This document shows, one piece after another, positions 9,050 to 19,386 of a stretch of 20,000 bases of DNA; the stretch's first letter is position 1; the number at the start of each line of letters is the position of its first letter. Position numbers and translations under genes: made by a program. This DNA is from Albugo candida (Eukaryota): NCBI GenBank assembly GCA_040437565.1, contig JBDOQK010000017.1:540401-560400 (forward strand), given 5' to 3'. The notes under the pieces are model-generated. The model made no database searches and had not been told where the DNA came from. It saw only the letters and a list, made by a program, of their open reading frames with translations.

Positions 9050-11678
9050 ACTACAAAGCTTTCCGTGATATAGCCCAATACCCAGGCTTTAGCACAATTT
9101 CATTTGAAAGCATTCAAGGCGCGCTGGATATTGTTCATCTACTGAAGCTATCTAGAATTTTGCTACAGCAGACGCCGACTCAATTCACAGTAATTTTTGT
9201 TTCGGGAATCATTTTTTTACGAGTCTGGTATGAATTCTACGAGCACGCCCAGCCCAATGTTAATTACCGATTCCTCTGAGGATATTTTTATTACGTATTT
9301 CGCATTGTACAATGCACGTGGACATGGTAAAAATGAGAATTTGGCAGAGGCATAAAGTGCTAGGGCGGATTGTGCTTCGTCAGAAAGACAAAAAATATTC
9401 GGAATATGCTCTCTATGAGTAAAGGGTTTTACCAAGTCGTTAGTAGGATGAACACTTGATCTTTTTTTTTCTTGAAACAACCTAAGCTACATCAAGCGGA
9501 CCAGGTCCCATCCTGTTCACAATGCCTTACATATGACTTGGAACAGGCAAAGTATAAAAGTTAGTACTCACAACTGAAAGCTCCGTTGCGAAACACGATC
9601 TTATCAACTTACCTACCATCTCACCCACATCGATAAGGGTAAATAATTCATAATCTGGCTCATTTTCTTTATAGGAACATCTATTTGGAATGAAGCATGA
9701 AATTGATTGGACCATGAAAATGCTACATGGATGAGCTACAGTGACATCAGTACAACATCCGATAAGAAGCATTTTTTTTCAATCGAGCTCAAACTTCATG
9801 TGTAACTTGGCCTATGTGATCAATCAAAACGCGTCTTCCAGCAACTTCTCTGAACAGCCTCTGATATTTAAAATTTTCTTAATCTTTTCAGATTGCGAAA
9901 GGTGTGGATTGCCAGGGATGCGTTGTTTTACACTTTCTGTGATGACGGGAAGCTCAGCATGTCGGTTTCCAACTGTAATTCCATGACATCTCGTAATTTG
10001 TTCCTTCATCGGAGCTAAATTACTGACAAAGAAACTAAAATAAGTAAGATATCATGATAAACTATGAATGCGTTATCTGGAGAGATAACATCAAAAAAAT
10101 AATTCGACTGCTTGTTTTTCCTACAGTACCTGCATCATGAATGTAGTAGACGTTACTAATACGTAATCACTATACAAACTCAAGCATCCACTTATTTTTT
10201 CGGAATTTATGGGTTTAAGGGTGTAGTATGAGGTCTTTAAAGCAAAAAAGTTTACTTTGAGAGGTTCTGAAGTAATTCGGCAATATAGATCTGTAATAGC
10301 GAAAGGAGAAATAGTCTGTCTCGTCCCCAACAACTTGACAAAAATTTGCAAGTTGGTGGTACGGCCTCAATGAAGATGTTTAATGGGACACCTGATGAAG
10401 TATCAAAATAATGGAACCATAAATGCAATCATTATAGTAGCATTTCTGCTATGATTCAAGCTTTCATTATATGGATAGCACAGATCTGAATTTGTGTTGT
10501 ACAATACATCATTGGTCCCAAATCAAAATTATCCAGTTTCAAGACACTAGTCATTGACTGAGTAAAATGATGTTGCAGTTCTTTCAGTCTTCACCTGGTC
10601 GATGCTGATATATTAGGCTCATGCTGCTGTTACTTATAATGGTGTAGCTCAGGCAATGAATGAATCAGGATCTCTCTCTCTCAAAGATTAAACGACGTAT
10701 AGAATCTCACTTGCCGTAAAATATTTTCAACTCATGCGGTGGGCAAATAATTATTGTGTTCGTCGGAAGTCAGCCACATGACAACTTGTAACTTTCTGAA
10801 AAATCAGCCGCCTGTTTATTGAATGTTATTATGTATCAAAAGAGAAATTCTAAGAGGAATCTCAAATCAATCAATCGGGATCTATATCTGTTCTTTTAGC
10901 ATTCCATCTTGATGTATTGATACAATCAGCGCGAAGGATAAGTAAAGGCGAGTAGAATATGAAGAGTGCTTATGCTGGATGAATACTCCGCCGGGCTAAC
11001 TCAAATTTCATTTGAAATCAACTGTGGCATACTCGACTAACCTGAGCGACCAATTTCCCAAGCTACTTAGNNNNNNNNNNNNNNNNNNNNNNNNNNNNNN
11101 NNNNNNNNNNNNNNNNNNNNNNNNNNNNNNNNNNNNNNNNNNNNNNNNNNNNNNNNNNNNNNNNNNNNNNATTTCATTTGAAATCAACTGTGGCATACTC
11201 GACTAACCTGAGCGACCAATTTCCCAAGCTACTTAGCAAATTCAGACATGAATCACTGGCGTTTATCCTATTCTATATGTATTTCAACAAGAATGATTCT
11301 TGATAACCGACTATTATTTAGGATATCGCTCATGTGCGGTATGCACTGATAATACCGCGTTTTGATCAATTCACGGTCAACCTTTTTGTACTGTAGCAGC
11401 TTGGCAGGTGGATTCTGTTTGCTATTTCCTGTCCTTGTGGTAGATGCTATGGCCAAAGCAAGTGTATGTCGATTTTTAATCCAATATGATCTGATAAAAT
11501 CATTCATGTTATATCTGAGAAACGTTCCCGATACTGCAGCATGCTCCGTGGCAAGATTCTTCCTTGTTATTATTTTATCGCTCTTTTGCGCCCATAGACG
11601 GATCATACGATTGTTGGACGACTATGAATAGCAGTCAAACTATTGCGTAAGTTTTCCGAAGTATTTTTTATACGCCAT
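9050..11678 (-). pseudogene. Decayed tandem paralogue of the 710-aa CHxC/CCG-like gene; boundaries approximate, may extend to ~8300
   Basis: Collinear anchors, pseudogene vs intact: MIRLW/ILRLW (11606); SCHGACCSIG/DCHECLVNVG (~11550, other frame); YWI/YWV (~11485); CYLSR*R/CILRNVR; FVSNL/FTSNI; CHGIT/CGNIT (~9985); VITESVKQRIPGNPHLSQ/VTTETYPKLPGKNMLDQ (~9945); LLIGC/LLGC (~9765); IPNIFC/VPDIFC (~9400); CPRALY/CPVGIW; VLVEF/ALVQF (~9240); CFQMKLC*SLGIGLYHGK/CIEKSCSSLSFEYHRK (~9110..9060). Track ORFs 10121..10351, 9824..10009 and 9527..9772 share one frame, separated by stops. Confidence 0.75.
11005..11236. other. Scaffold gap (100 N, 11071..11170) with identical 66-bp duplicated flanks
   Basis: 11005..11070 equals 11171..11236. 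Confidence 0.9.
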
Positions 11679-11987
11679 GTTGACTATCGCCTTTAAAACA
11701 GTCTTCTCTTTCGTATCATTATAAACCCCACCAAGAAGTACTTATCGATTTTACAATCGTTCACATTATCTGGAAGCAACGACCGAAGAAACGGCGAAAT
11801 GTCCAAGTGGTAGGGCCTGAATTCTGAAATCTTTTCGGCTTCAAATCATGAGAGGACAAATCATTATAGTCCAAAAAACTCACTAACACTACGCTACTGA
11901 ATTGATCACAAATTAATAGGCATATTGAGAAAGTACATCTATTTGCCGACATACAATTTAGTCCTAGATTTTCTTCCACAGCTGTCC

Positions 11988-14120
11988 TCATTTTTTTGCT
12001 TTGTCGTTGATATCTCTTCTCGTTATTTGTCGGATGCCAATAGGACGCTTTGTCTGCTTTCGGTGATACTCAAAACTTAGACTTGAGCAACTCTTCTCGA
12101 TACATATTCGAAGATTATTTGACGATGTTTGACGCATCCAAACATATCCATTAGAAGCGGGTTCAGCATTGTAAACAAAAAATACTTCGGCGTTCTCAAG
12201 AAGACAATAAATGCATTCAAGAAAAGTGGATTCTGCATATTCGAACTGCACCAAAGCAATGCGGTTAGAAAAATCAGGCCCCATTTCGGATGGGCCTTCT
12301 ATTTCGGATTGTGACAGGAGAATACGGTGCTTTTGAGGTGGCCAAATACCCACTGGACAATGTTGTTCTGTTGTTTTTATAACATCAGCTCGCGGATTTG
12401 ATGGAGAAGATTCCAATAAAAGAAAAAATGCATGTTCAGAGCAAAAAATATCGGGGACTTTTTGTATCCGGATGCATTGGCGGTTATTATGACAACCCAA
12501 TAGCTTCTGAAATGACGATGTTTTTAATTCTGGATGGAGTTTTGAAGTGTCGACTAATGACGACGTTACTGTAAGGATGTATGGGTCTGCATCTGTATCG
12601 AATGATTGTTTCATACACCTGACACATGATAATTGATAGGACTGCACGTAAAAAAGTACCATACAATTGCTCCTCAGTTGATCAAGCATATTTTTACCAG
12701 GCAGCTTTGGATAGGTTTCGGTGGTAACTATCGCTTTTCGAAGATATTTACGACATTCATCTTGATCTAGCAGTGTTATATTACCGCACGAAAGACAGGC
12801 CAATCGTTGTTCGATATTAGAGGTAAAAATAGTTGCTTTCCGCAATGACGAAAACTGAACCAAACGAGCACCTCGCACATTTCTCAATATACAGCCGATG
12901 CAGTCCCATTTCTTGTTCGGATTCAAAGTGATATTAATGCAGAGAACTTGTTTTGAACGAAACATTTGCAGTGCATTCGAGAACTCGAATGGATGGTGAG
13001 ACATTACGGAAACTTTTCCGGCTCTTGGCATTCTTTTGATTGCAATGACATCGAGGACTTGATTAATCTCTCTTGAATCTGTTGCGTACTGATTACGTAG
13101 TTCATATTCTTTGTTCGAATCATGCTTCGTCCTATCCATTTCTGACAAAGTGCGACCCGCTGGAAATAATAAGTCCATGATTTTGCAGTCTGCGTTATCC
13201 CAGCTGAGGATGCTCGAACATAAGTTTCTTCGGCAGTTGGATTTGATGGCGGATATTTTGTAATTGCTGGGGAATACGAGAAGCTCAGCTGAATGTGCTT
13301 TTTTTTTTTTATAAAATAAGACAAAGCTTTGAATCGCGAAAGATTTACTGTGCATAGCCAGGCATTCTCGACAAACATCATCATTGAACAGAGTAGGGAT
13401 GATCATGCATCGAGTTGGGAAGTCAGCATCTTCCTCATCCTCTATGATTAAGCTCAAGCTTGCTTCTGGTACTGCTTCCAGAACAATGTTTTTATTCTTT
13501 ATAGGAGTCATCCGTATCAATTCTTCTTCGAACAAGATCGGCATTTTTCCTTTTTTTTTATGCTCAAATAGTGTAGCTTCTTGTTTCCAATATACGTTCG
13601 ACCTAAACTGTCTCAGCATTCTCGGTTGCAGTAGCATTGGCTCTGTCAACGATCCAAGAGCCATTTCGACATTTGCATGTTTATACAGATTTATGCTTTG
13701 TTGAGCAAGCGTCATTTTCGGCCCATCGGTAGTGTCTTGTGTAGATAGAGCGACATGCATGATACATAAATCTTTTGAGTGGCAACGGTATAAGAACAAA
13801 GTCAGAATTCCAGAATGCCCCTCAACCCAGTACAAGGTTAGCTCTTTTCTCGCTTGAATCAAGTAAAGCTTAGAAAACCCCACATTTACAAGGCATTCGT
13901 GACAATCTGAGCGACCTCTACCTGGAACAAACCACAGGCGTAAGATTCCGGACATTGGTGAAACGGATTCCGCTACTGTATTGGCATGCATGAAGATCAA
14001 CGCAGTGATAAATTGTACGCGCCATGTGGACGTCATCATTTTTATGAAAAATCGTACCCAAAGCCGAACATTAAGAAAGTGGTAGTTTTTTAACCAATCA
14101 ATTTTTTTATTGGATACCAT
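11988..14120 (-). CDS. Secreted Cys-rich candidate effector, CHxC/CCG-like, with five CxxC modules; probable true start at 14039 (Met28 of the 710-aa ORF)
   Basis: Only long ORF in the window, uninterrupted. From Met28, MMTSTWRVQFITALIFMHANTVA is signal-peptide-like, followed ~23 aa later by DCHECLVNVG (13878..13907). Further CxxC-hydrophobic motifs: CRECL (aa 250), CIGCI (407), CVRCM (499), CIYCL (636). Signal peptide plus CHxC/CxxCxxxxxG defines Albugo CHxC/CCG effectors; here the C-to-G spacer is 4, not 5. Confidence 0.8.
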   Translation of the reverse strand: MVSNKKIDWLKNYHFLNVRLWVRFFIKMMTSTWRVQFITALIFMHANTVAESVSPMSGILRLWFVPGRGRSDCHECLVNVGFSKLYLIQARKELTLYWVEGHSGILTLFLYRCHSKDLCIMHVALSTQDTTDGPKMTLAQQSINLYKHANVEMALGSLTEPMLLQPRMLRQFRSNVYWKQEATLFEHKKKGKMPILFEEELIRMTPIKNKNIVLEAVPEASLSLIIEDEEDADFPTRCMIIPTLFNDDVCRECLAMHSKSFAIQSFVLFYKKKKAHSAELLVFPSNYKISAIKSNCRRNLCSSILSWDNADCKIMDLLFPAGRTLSEMDRTKHDSNKEYELRNQYATDSREINQVLDVIAIKRMPRAGKVSVMSHHPFEFSNALQMFRSKQVLCINITLNPNKKWDCIGCILRNVRGARLVQFSSLRKATIFTSNIEQRLACLSCGNITLLDQDECRKYLRKAIVTTETYPKLPGKNMLDQLRSNCMVLFYVQSYQLSCVRCMKQSFDTDADPYILTVTSSLVDTSKLHPELKTSSFQKLLGCHNNRQCIRIQKVPDIFCSEHAFFLLLESSPSNPRADVIKTTEQHCPVGIWPPQKHRILLSQSEIEGPSEMGPDFSNRIALVQFEYAESTFLECIYCLLENAEVFFVYNAEPASNGYVWMRQTSSNNLRICIEKSCSSLSFEYHRKQTKRPIGIRQITRRDINDKAKK
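14076..14101 (-). promoter_or_regulatory. Oomycete-type CCAAT box plus Inr-like element upstream of ATG 14039
   Basis: Minus strand reads TTGATTGGTTAAAA (14101..14088), similar to the oomycete TGATTGG-YYRAAA CCAAT motif, then CCACTTT (14082..14076), matching the Inr YCAYTYY, 37 nt before the ATG at 14039. Short motifs, so chance occurrence is possible. Confidence 0.45.
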
Positions 14121-14908
14121 TGAATGCGATCAAAAACAAGCTCTCTTTTTCTTTGACGTGAAAATTGAGGTTTTAATGAATGTGCAAAGCTTACTTTTTG
14201 GTCCGGAAGTGTTACTTGTAGTAGAATAATACCCACACCACATTTTTTTAGATCCAAGGACGATGCGTTTAGCATGGTACAAACGGATTGGACCATACGT
14301 ATGCAGCCATCCATGGCATGAATAATGACGAGCGTTGCACTCATTGCTAGCTATTCCAGAATCAAGATAATCAGAAGTCTACAAAATTACATATATTGAA
14401 AAATCATCAGAAAGATGAAAAAGTACAAAGTCTCAGTGTTTGGCATATAAGAATGCTCCACTGCCATTAAATTTAGTGTAACTACTCACTGTAGCATTCT
14501 TTCGAGCCCTTTCACGCTATGTTGAAAAATGACCAGTGCATGTACCCATTCCATAAATACGCAGAATGTCAAGGAGAACGGTGAGCATGCTTTGCTTTTG
14601 CCTAACAATTATGGTGGATATTTGGAAATTATGTAATGGGCGCCACCATTTCTCAAAGCTTAAATATTGCGTAAACGATCAAATTGCGTCACTTTTATAA
14701 AAACACAGAAAAACGAATCAATAGTCACCTAAGAAAATTCTACTGCATATGATTTCAGTGATAATTTAGTGATAAAAGTGCGAATGCAATTAAGGAAACT
14801 GAGATGGTGTTACTAATCATTTTGTGTTGCCGAAAGATGACAACCTGCTGTGCACCATGGTACGTCGTTGAGATCAAGAAAAGAGGAAGATATAAATACT
14901 TGAATAAT

Positions 14909-15583
14909 ATGTCAATTGCGTCGATACCAAGACAGCTTTGGGTCATTGCAACGCTGCTTGTTTTTGCGTCATTATGTTGAGCATAGAGTTATAGCATGTA
15001 TAGAAAATGAAATCTTGCTCGTGATTGTACAGATAGTATCATAATTAATCTCTCCTTCACCATTGGAATTTTCCCAACTATCGTTAACGGTAATGTTGAT
15101 CTTGTACGTAATAAATCCGTAAGTTCCTGGATGCCTTTATTGCTTCTCTGCATGAACCAAATATACGACGTTGCAATGAGTCTAACTTAAAACTTCCTTC
15201 GTTGCGGCCAATAAGTGCAATTCAGGGGACGATGATGTACTATATCAATATCGTTTTATCGAAATGCAATATGTAGAGCCACCTACATGAACTCAGCGCT
15301 TTTATAGGCATGTACATTCTGAGTATATAGCTACAAGCTCAAGTAATTACGAAAGTGCTCTCTGTATACAACTCAAGTTCACTGTGAAGAGTGCATTTGA
15401 GAAACTAAAAATTCAGGAACCTCCAAGCATCTTCTTGTAGTATGGGATGCAATGTATGTTAGACGGTCATTTCATGTAATTCGATTCAAGGCCAACGGTT
15501 CATAGAGCATAGAGAATACATTTGAAAGCAGCGCGATTGATTCCAAGATGCAAGCTGATGTAGTTGTGCGAAGGATAGTTTAA
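14909..15583 (+). pseudogene. Probable decayed secreted CxxC-module (CCG-like) gene, divergent from the intact gene; end approximate
   Basis: ATG 14909 gives MSIASIPRQLWVIATLLVFASLC*A (signal-peptide-like), then in-frame DCTDSII at 15023, one substitution (AGT/TGT) from DCTDCII. A second motif HCEECI lies at 15380..15397 downstream. Multiple in-frame stops. Confidence 0.45.
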
Positions 15584-15823
15584 CTGGACCCTATTTCCGG
15601 TATTGTGTAGGATGCGACAGAGGGACTAAGTCCAATTTAACACCTTGTCAAAATTTTACTCCATTATTGAGAGCCAGCTATAAATAAAAATGTATATGCA
15701 ATTAGTTCTTTTGCGTCCTCAAAAGTAATGCAATGGTCGTTTGCACTTCATCTTTATGCCTTACTAAATATATTGTTCCAATGTGGTGAGCGGATTGGTA
15801 AAAAGCATAGATGGGTACATAAA

Positions 15824-15848
15824 GGCTGTGACTATTGCCACAAACGTT
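15824..15848 (+). repeat. Left terminal inverted repeat of the MULE
   Basis: GGCTGTGACTATTGCCACAAACGTT; the reverse complement of 17993..18017 is GGTTGTGACTATTGCCTCAGACGTT (22/25 identical). Confidence 0.8.
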
Positions 15849-15860
15849 ATCACTATCTAT

Positions 15861-17730
15861 TCAAAAGTTCTTTTTATTTTTCTTGTCCTTCGTAAAGTCC
15901 GAGAGGTGCCCACCTTCACCACAAGCTCTGCATAAACGTTTTTAATTTCTCTGATGAGTTTTACATATTCAACTACAGATAAATTGCGTCGCGTTAACCC
16001 ATTATTTTGTTGACGTAGTCTCTATTTCGTGCGCGCAATTACTGGATCTTGCAAACTTTTCAAATTTGTTGCAAAGTGAATGAAGTTCGTCGAGCGTCGT
16101 AGCCTTCTGAAGGGCTGGCAAGGGCCCAAAGCTGCAGGCAACTTGACAAAGTAATATCAGAATACTTTTGGCCGGCCACAATAGCAGTGGACTTGGTTGG
16201 TGGGTCTTTGTTAATTCCCACTACGGATGTATGTCGCTCATTTGCAAGTTTGTTTTCGACGTAGGTATTGATGCGGTTTAGACGTACAGAGAAGACCCCA
16301 GACGATGATAAATATTCCAGGTCATATGTCTTTGTCGTTTCTTTTTTGCTAGTGGGTAACGTTCAAGTGTTCGTAGATTTTACTTAGTGCAAAAAGAGAA
16401 ATTCTTAAAATGATACCCTGAAAAATCATTCTTTGAGGCGTTGGATGTGCATGATTTCATATTCTCATTTGTTGACGCTGTCGGGACGCATCGTGATCTG
16501 AAAGATTATTTCTAATAGCTAGGAATATTTTTTGCATCACGAAAGAAGTTTGTTCATGCTAGTTGGCATGTATTGTTTGAGCATGTGGTGAGCGCTTTCA
16601 CCCAAAATGCGTTATACGGATAGTCGAAGCAGGAAAAAAGCTTTCTTTTTAGGGAATTCATCTTTCCCCAATGTATTTGATGATTGCACTGCCTGCACGT
16701 AACTTTCGAAGGAGCCTTGTGTTTGTGCGTACATAATTGCCCTCCAATCCTTTATGAAGGCTATTCATTCTTCTTCTTTTGGAATAGATTCTTTGCATTT
16801 TCCCGCTATGTTTTTTTCAATCTGTCATGCACATAACAGAATTCTAAAATCAGGAAAGTGTTCTTGAATTCCTGATATTAATGCCAGCTCGCGATAAGTG
16901 GCAAAAAATCTCGGGAGAAATTCGTAGTTTATTGCTGAAGAGTATGAGGACTGATTCTAGTTCGTCATAAAAACAAATGCGGGAAAAAATGCTCAATTCA
17001 TCGACGAGCACCCAACGAGATGCAGCAACGGAAGATTCAAAGCATTTGTTTTGTTTGTGACATCACTCAAAAAAAGTCATTGTGGCTCCTAACCATCTCA
17101 GTAAATCTTGGATGCGCAAAGTACAGAGAGAGAATTCTGCCGTCATCATTGATCAATATTGTTCAACATCATATTGCGATCTGCGAAATCTTTGTACAAG
17201 GGCATCCATCGGTGTACGGCCATCTCAAGTTTTTAGAAGTGTGGCTTGGCGGACGTTGATCAGATTTTTTCTGTCAAAACCAGTCCACTATCATTCTGCA
17301 AACATGTTGAAATGCTTCTTGCTATGACCCCAGCATCATACGATTTAACTACTGTCCTTACAATCCCTGTTCCGAGTCTGAGATGGACAAGATGGTCGCT
17401 TGTGGATGTTGATGGCATATGGTATGATCCTGTTCAACCACGTGGAAAGTCCAATGCACTTTAATCCTGTATGTGCCACCATGGGAACGGCCAATTGGTA
17501 CGTACTGTCGAGGTCTATCGTCTTCTAGCCTCTTTGGTTAGATCAAGCCGGTTGTGGTAAGAACTGCCTCGGTCACATCTCTAATGGACCGTATAGTGCC
17601 CGTTACGCTGCTTGTAGGACGCTTTTGCCACTATAACATAGCTTTGGGTGGCAGCGAGTTCATACAATTCCTTTCATATCGCTTTTTGATAACTATATTC
17701 GACTTCAACAAGTCCAGTTGTTGGCTGCAT
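15861..17730 (-). pseudogene. MULE transposase pseudogene (FAR1-like N-terminus, DDE core, C-terminal Zn knuckle)
   Basis: Across frameshifts, in the canonical order: AATQSYVIVAKAS...RCDRGSSY...RRR*TSTVRTNWPF...WTFHVVEQDH (FAR1-like DNA-binding region); DGRTPMDAL; GRILSLYFAHP; SDVTNKTNALNLPLLHLVG (first Asp, DxTYKTN motif); ATYRELALISGIQEHFPDFRILLCA*QIEKN (TDRELAL...LLCxWHIxKN motif, Asp and His mutated); ESAHHMLKQY (catalytic Glu); CRACGEGGH (~15907..15932). Confidence 0.9.
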
Positions 17731-17992
17731 CCATTTGTTCTGAACATTGACATCACATTCTTTCGTGTATTTTGAATTTCGTTTTCGCTTAAAATACGTT
17801 ATTATTGTGCAACTCGTTGAATGTTGCTGCGCGGTGGGGAGGGAAGCGAGGTAATGTGAAAACGTGGAGCCGTGTAAGGTATTATGTATCTATCTTACGT
17901 AGACGCAGTAATATAGTCACCCTACCGATATATATATATTAGTAGCTTGCACAAATTACCAATCAAAGATGTTTGTTTGTGGCATTAGCCAA

Positions 17993-18017
17993 AACGTCTG
18001 AGGCAATAGTCACAACC
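17993..18017 (-). repeat. Right terminal inverted repeat of the MULE
   Basis: AACGTCTGAGGCAATAGTCACAACC. An internal sub-repeat (minus strand CTAATGCCACAAAC, 17975..17988) echoes CTATTGCCACAAAC of the left repeat. Confidence 0.8.
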
Positions 18018-19386
18018 TGTATTAATATGCCTCATGGAACTCAAATACGAATATAGAACCACTTAGTCGTGTTTCTGGAACTGTCATAATTCAGGACCCT
18101 CGATGCTAGCAGCAAGACTTGATGGATTTTCTTGCCATGTATCACCTATACCTATAGTGGTAGTTGTAAAGCTGTTTTATACCTTTCGCACGCGACTTGT
18201 TTCCGTCCGTGGCGTTCTTGTATGCATTCGATCAGTCATTTTCCATCTGCCAATGCCGTAAGAGTTATAACTTTTTGCTCGAGATTATACCATTCAGATG
18301 AACTTACCAGGAAAGCTTTCCGTTTGTATCAATGTTACTCTTCTAGTAGCGTTTTGTTCTAATACAATAGCTCATAGTTAGCTTCTCTAAGTTTCACTTG
18401 CATTTTATAAGATTCCAGCAATCTAGTCTACAATTTACTCCTGCCACATGATTCTAATCAATTGTGAGTTTTCATGTGTGAGTGCGATACAGGCAACAAG
18501 TTCAATTCTAGCATCTCTTTCATGTTTTACTCCGTGTCGACCGAAGAAAAAAGAAGGAATGTCACTTCCCGAACTAAAGTTCCGTAAGAAATCTTCTCGA
18601 TTGTTTATCTTTCCTTCACATTGGCCGTATTCTGCGCTGATTACAAAATTTAGGGGACGAGAATTCCCATTGTCGTCTGGTAGCGCTTTGTAAGGTTTAG
18701 TGACTTTTCAGAAAGAAGACTTGGTGCAGCTGTGCATTTCGTTGTGATTCTACTCCCCACTATATTAGTACGAAATGAGTAGCTTCTAAGAATTGCCCGT
18801 GTCGAGAAAATTGGATTGGTAATTGATAAGCGACCGTTGACATCCTTTAATGATGTCGCGGAATCAATCGAATGTGATGTTCTTTAATAATGACTAGTTT
18901 CATAAAATCATTTTTCTGCACGTTCATCAATTGCATAATGTCTTTTTATATGGAGGAAGATGAATCCTCGGATTCTTGCACGTCAATAATTATCTTTTTG
19001 TCCGCCTCACAAGTATTCTAACTTCCAAAACATGTGCATGAGGCATAAGAAAGCGAAAAAATTGCATCCTTCGATAGAAAAGGTTCGAGAAGTTGAGAAG
19101 CGTTCGCTGTCTTCCATTGATTGATTACCTTACTCGACGGTTATTTTGAAACACTTTAAACCATTTAACGCTTCAGTTTGATGATACATTAATAATATAT
19201 CGTGAGGTAAATGGGCTTTAATGCCAGATCATTCTGGGATTTGATCGATTGGGTCATCATTCGTTTTTCGTCCTACCCTTATAATATCACCACATTATTT
19301 CATATAACGAGTGTCCATACTATATCTCCTGGCACTATTGCGTTTGTTTCGACAGCTTGCATGAATTGAGTAGAATGATTGGACTT

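Larger units (their letters stand above)
15824..18017 (-). mobile_element. Degenerate Mutator-like (MULE) DNA transposon, ~2.2 kb
   Basis: Transposase remnant (15861..17730) enclosed by inverted repeats 15824..15848 and 17993..18017 that match at 22/25 positions. Confidence 0.85.

Noticed and set aside
7278..9955. Exact 12-mer GACGGGAAGCTC at ~7278 and ~9944
   Set aside because: The match does not extend, and several 12-mer matches are expected by chance in a window this size.
12077..13704. Short ORFs nested in or antisense to the 710-aa gene (12077, 12129, 13004, 13384)
   Set aside because: Shadow frames of the real CDS with no independent motifs.
17905..17926. Minus-strand TAGGGTGACTATATT resembling a hAT-like terminus
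   Set aside because: No partner inverted repeat found; it lies inside the MULE and shares the GTGACTAT core with its TIR.
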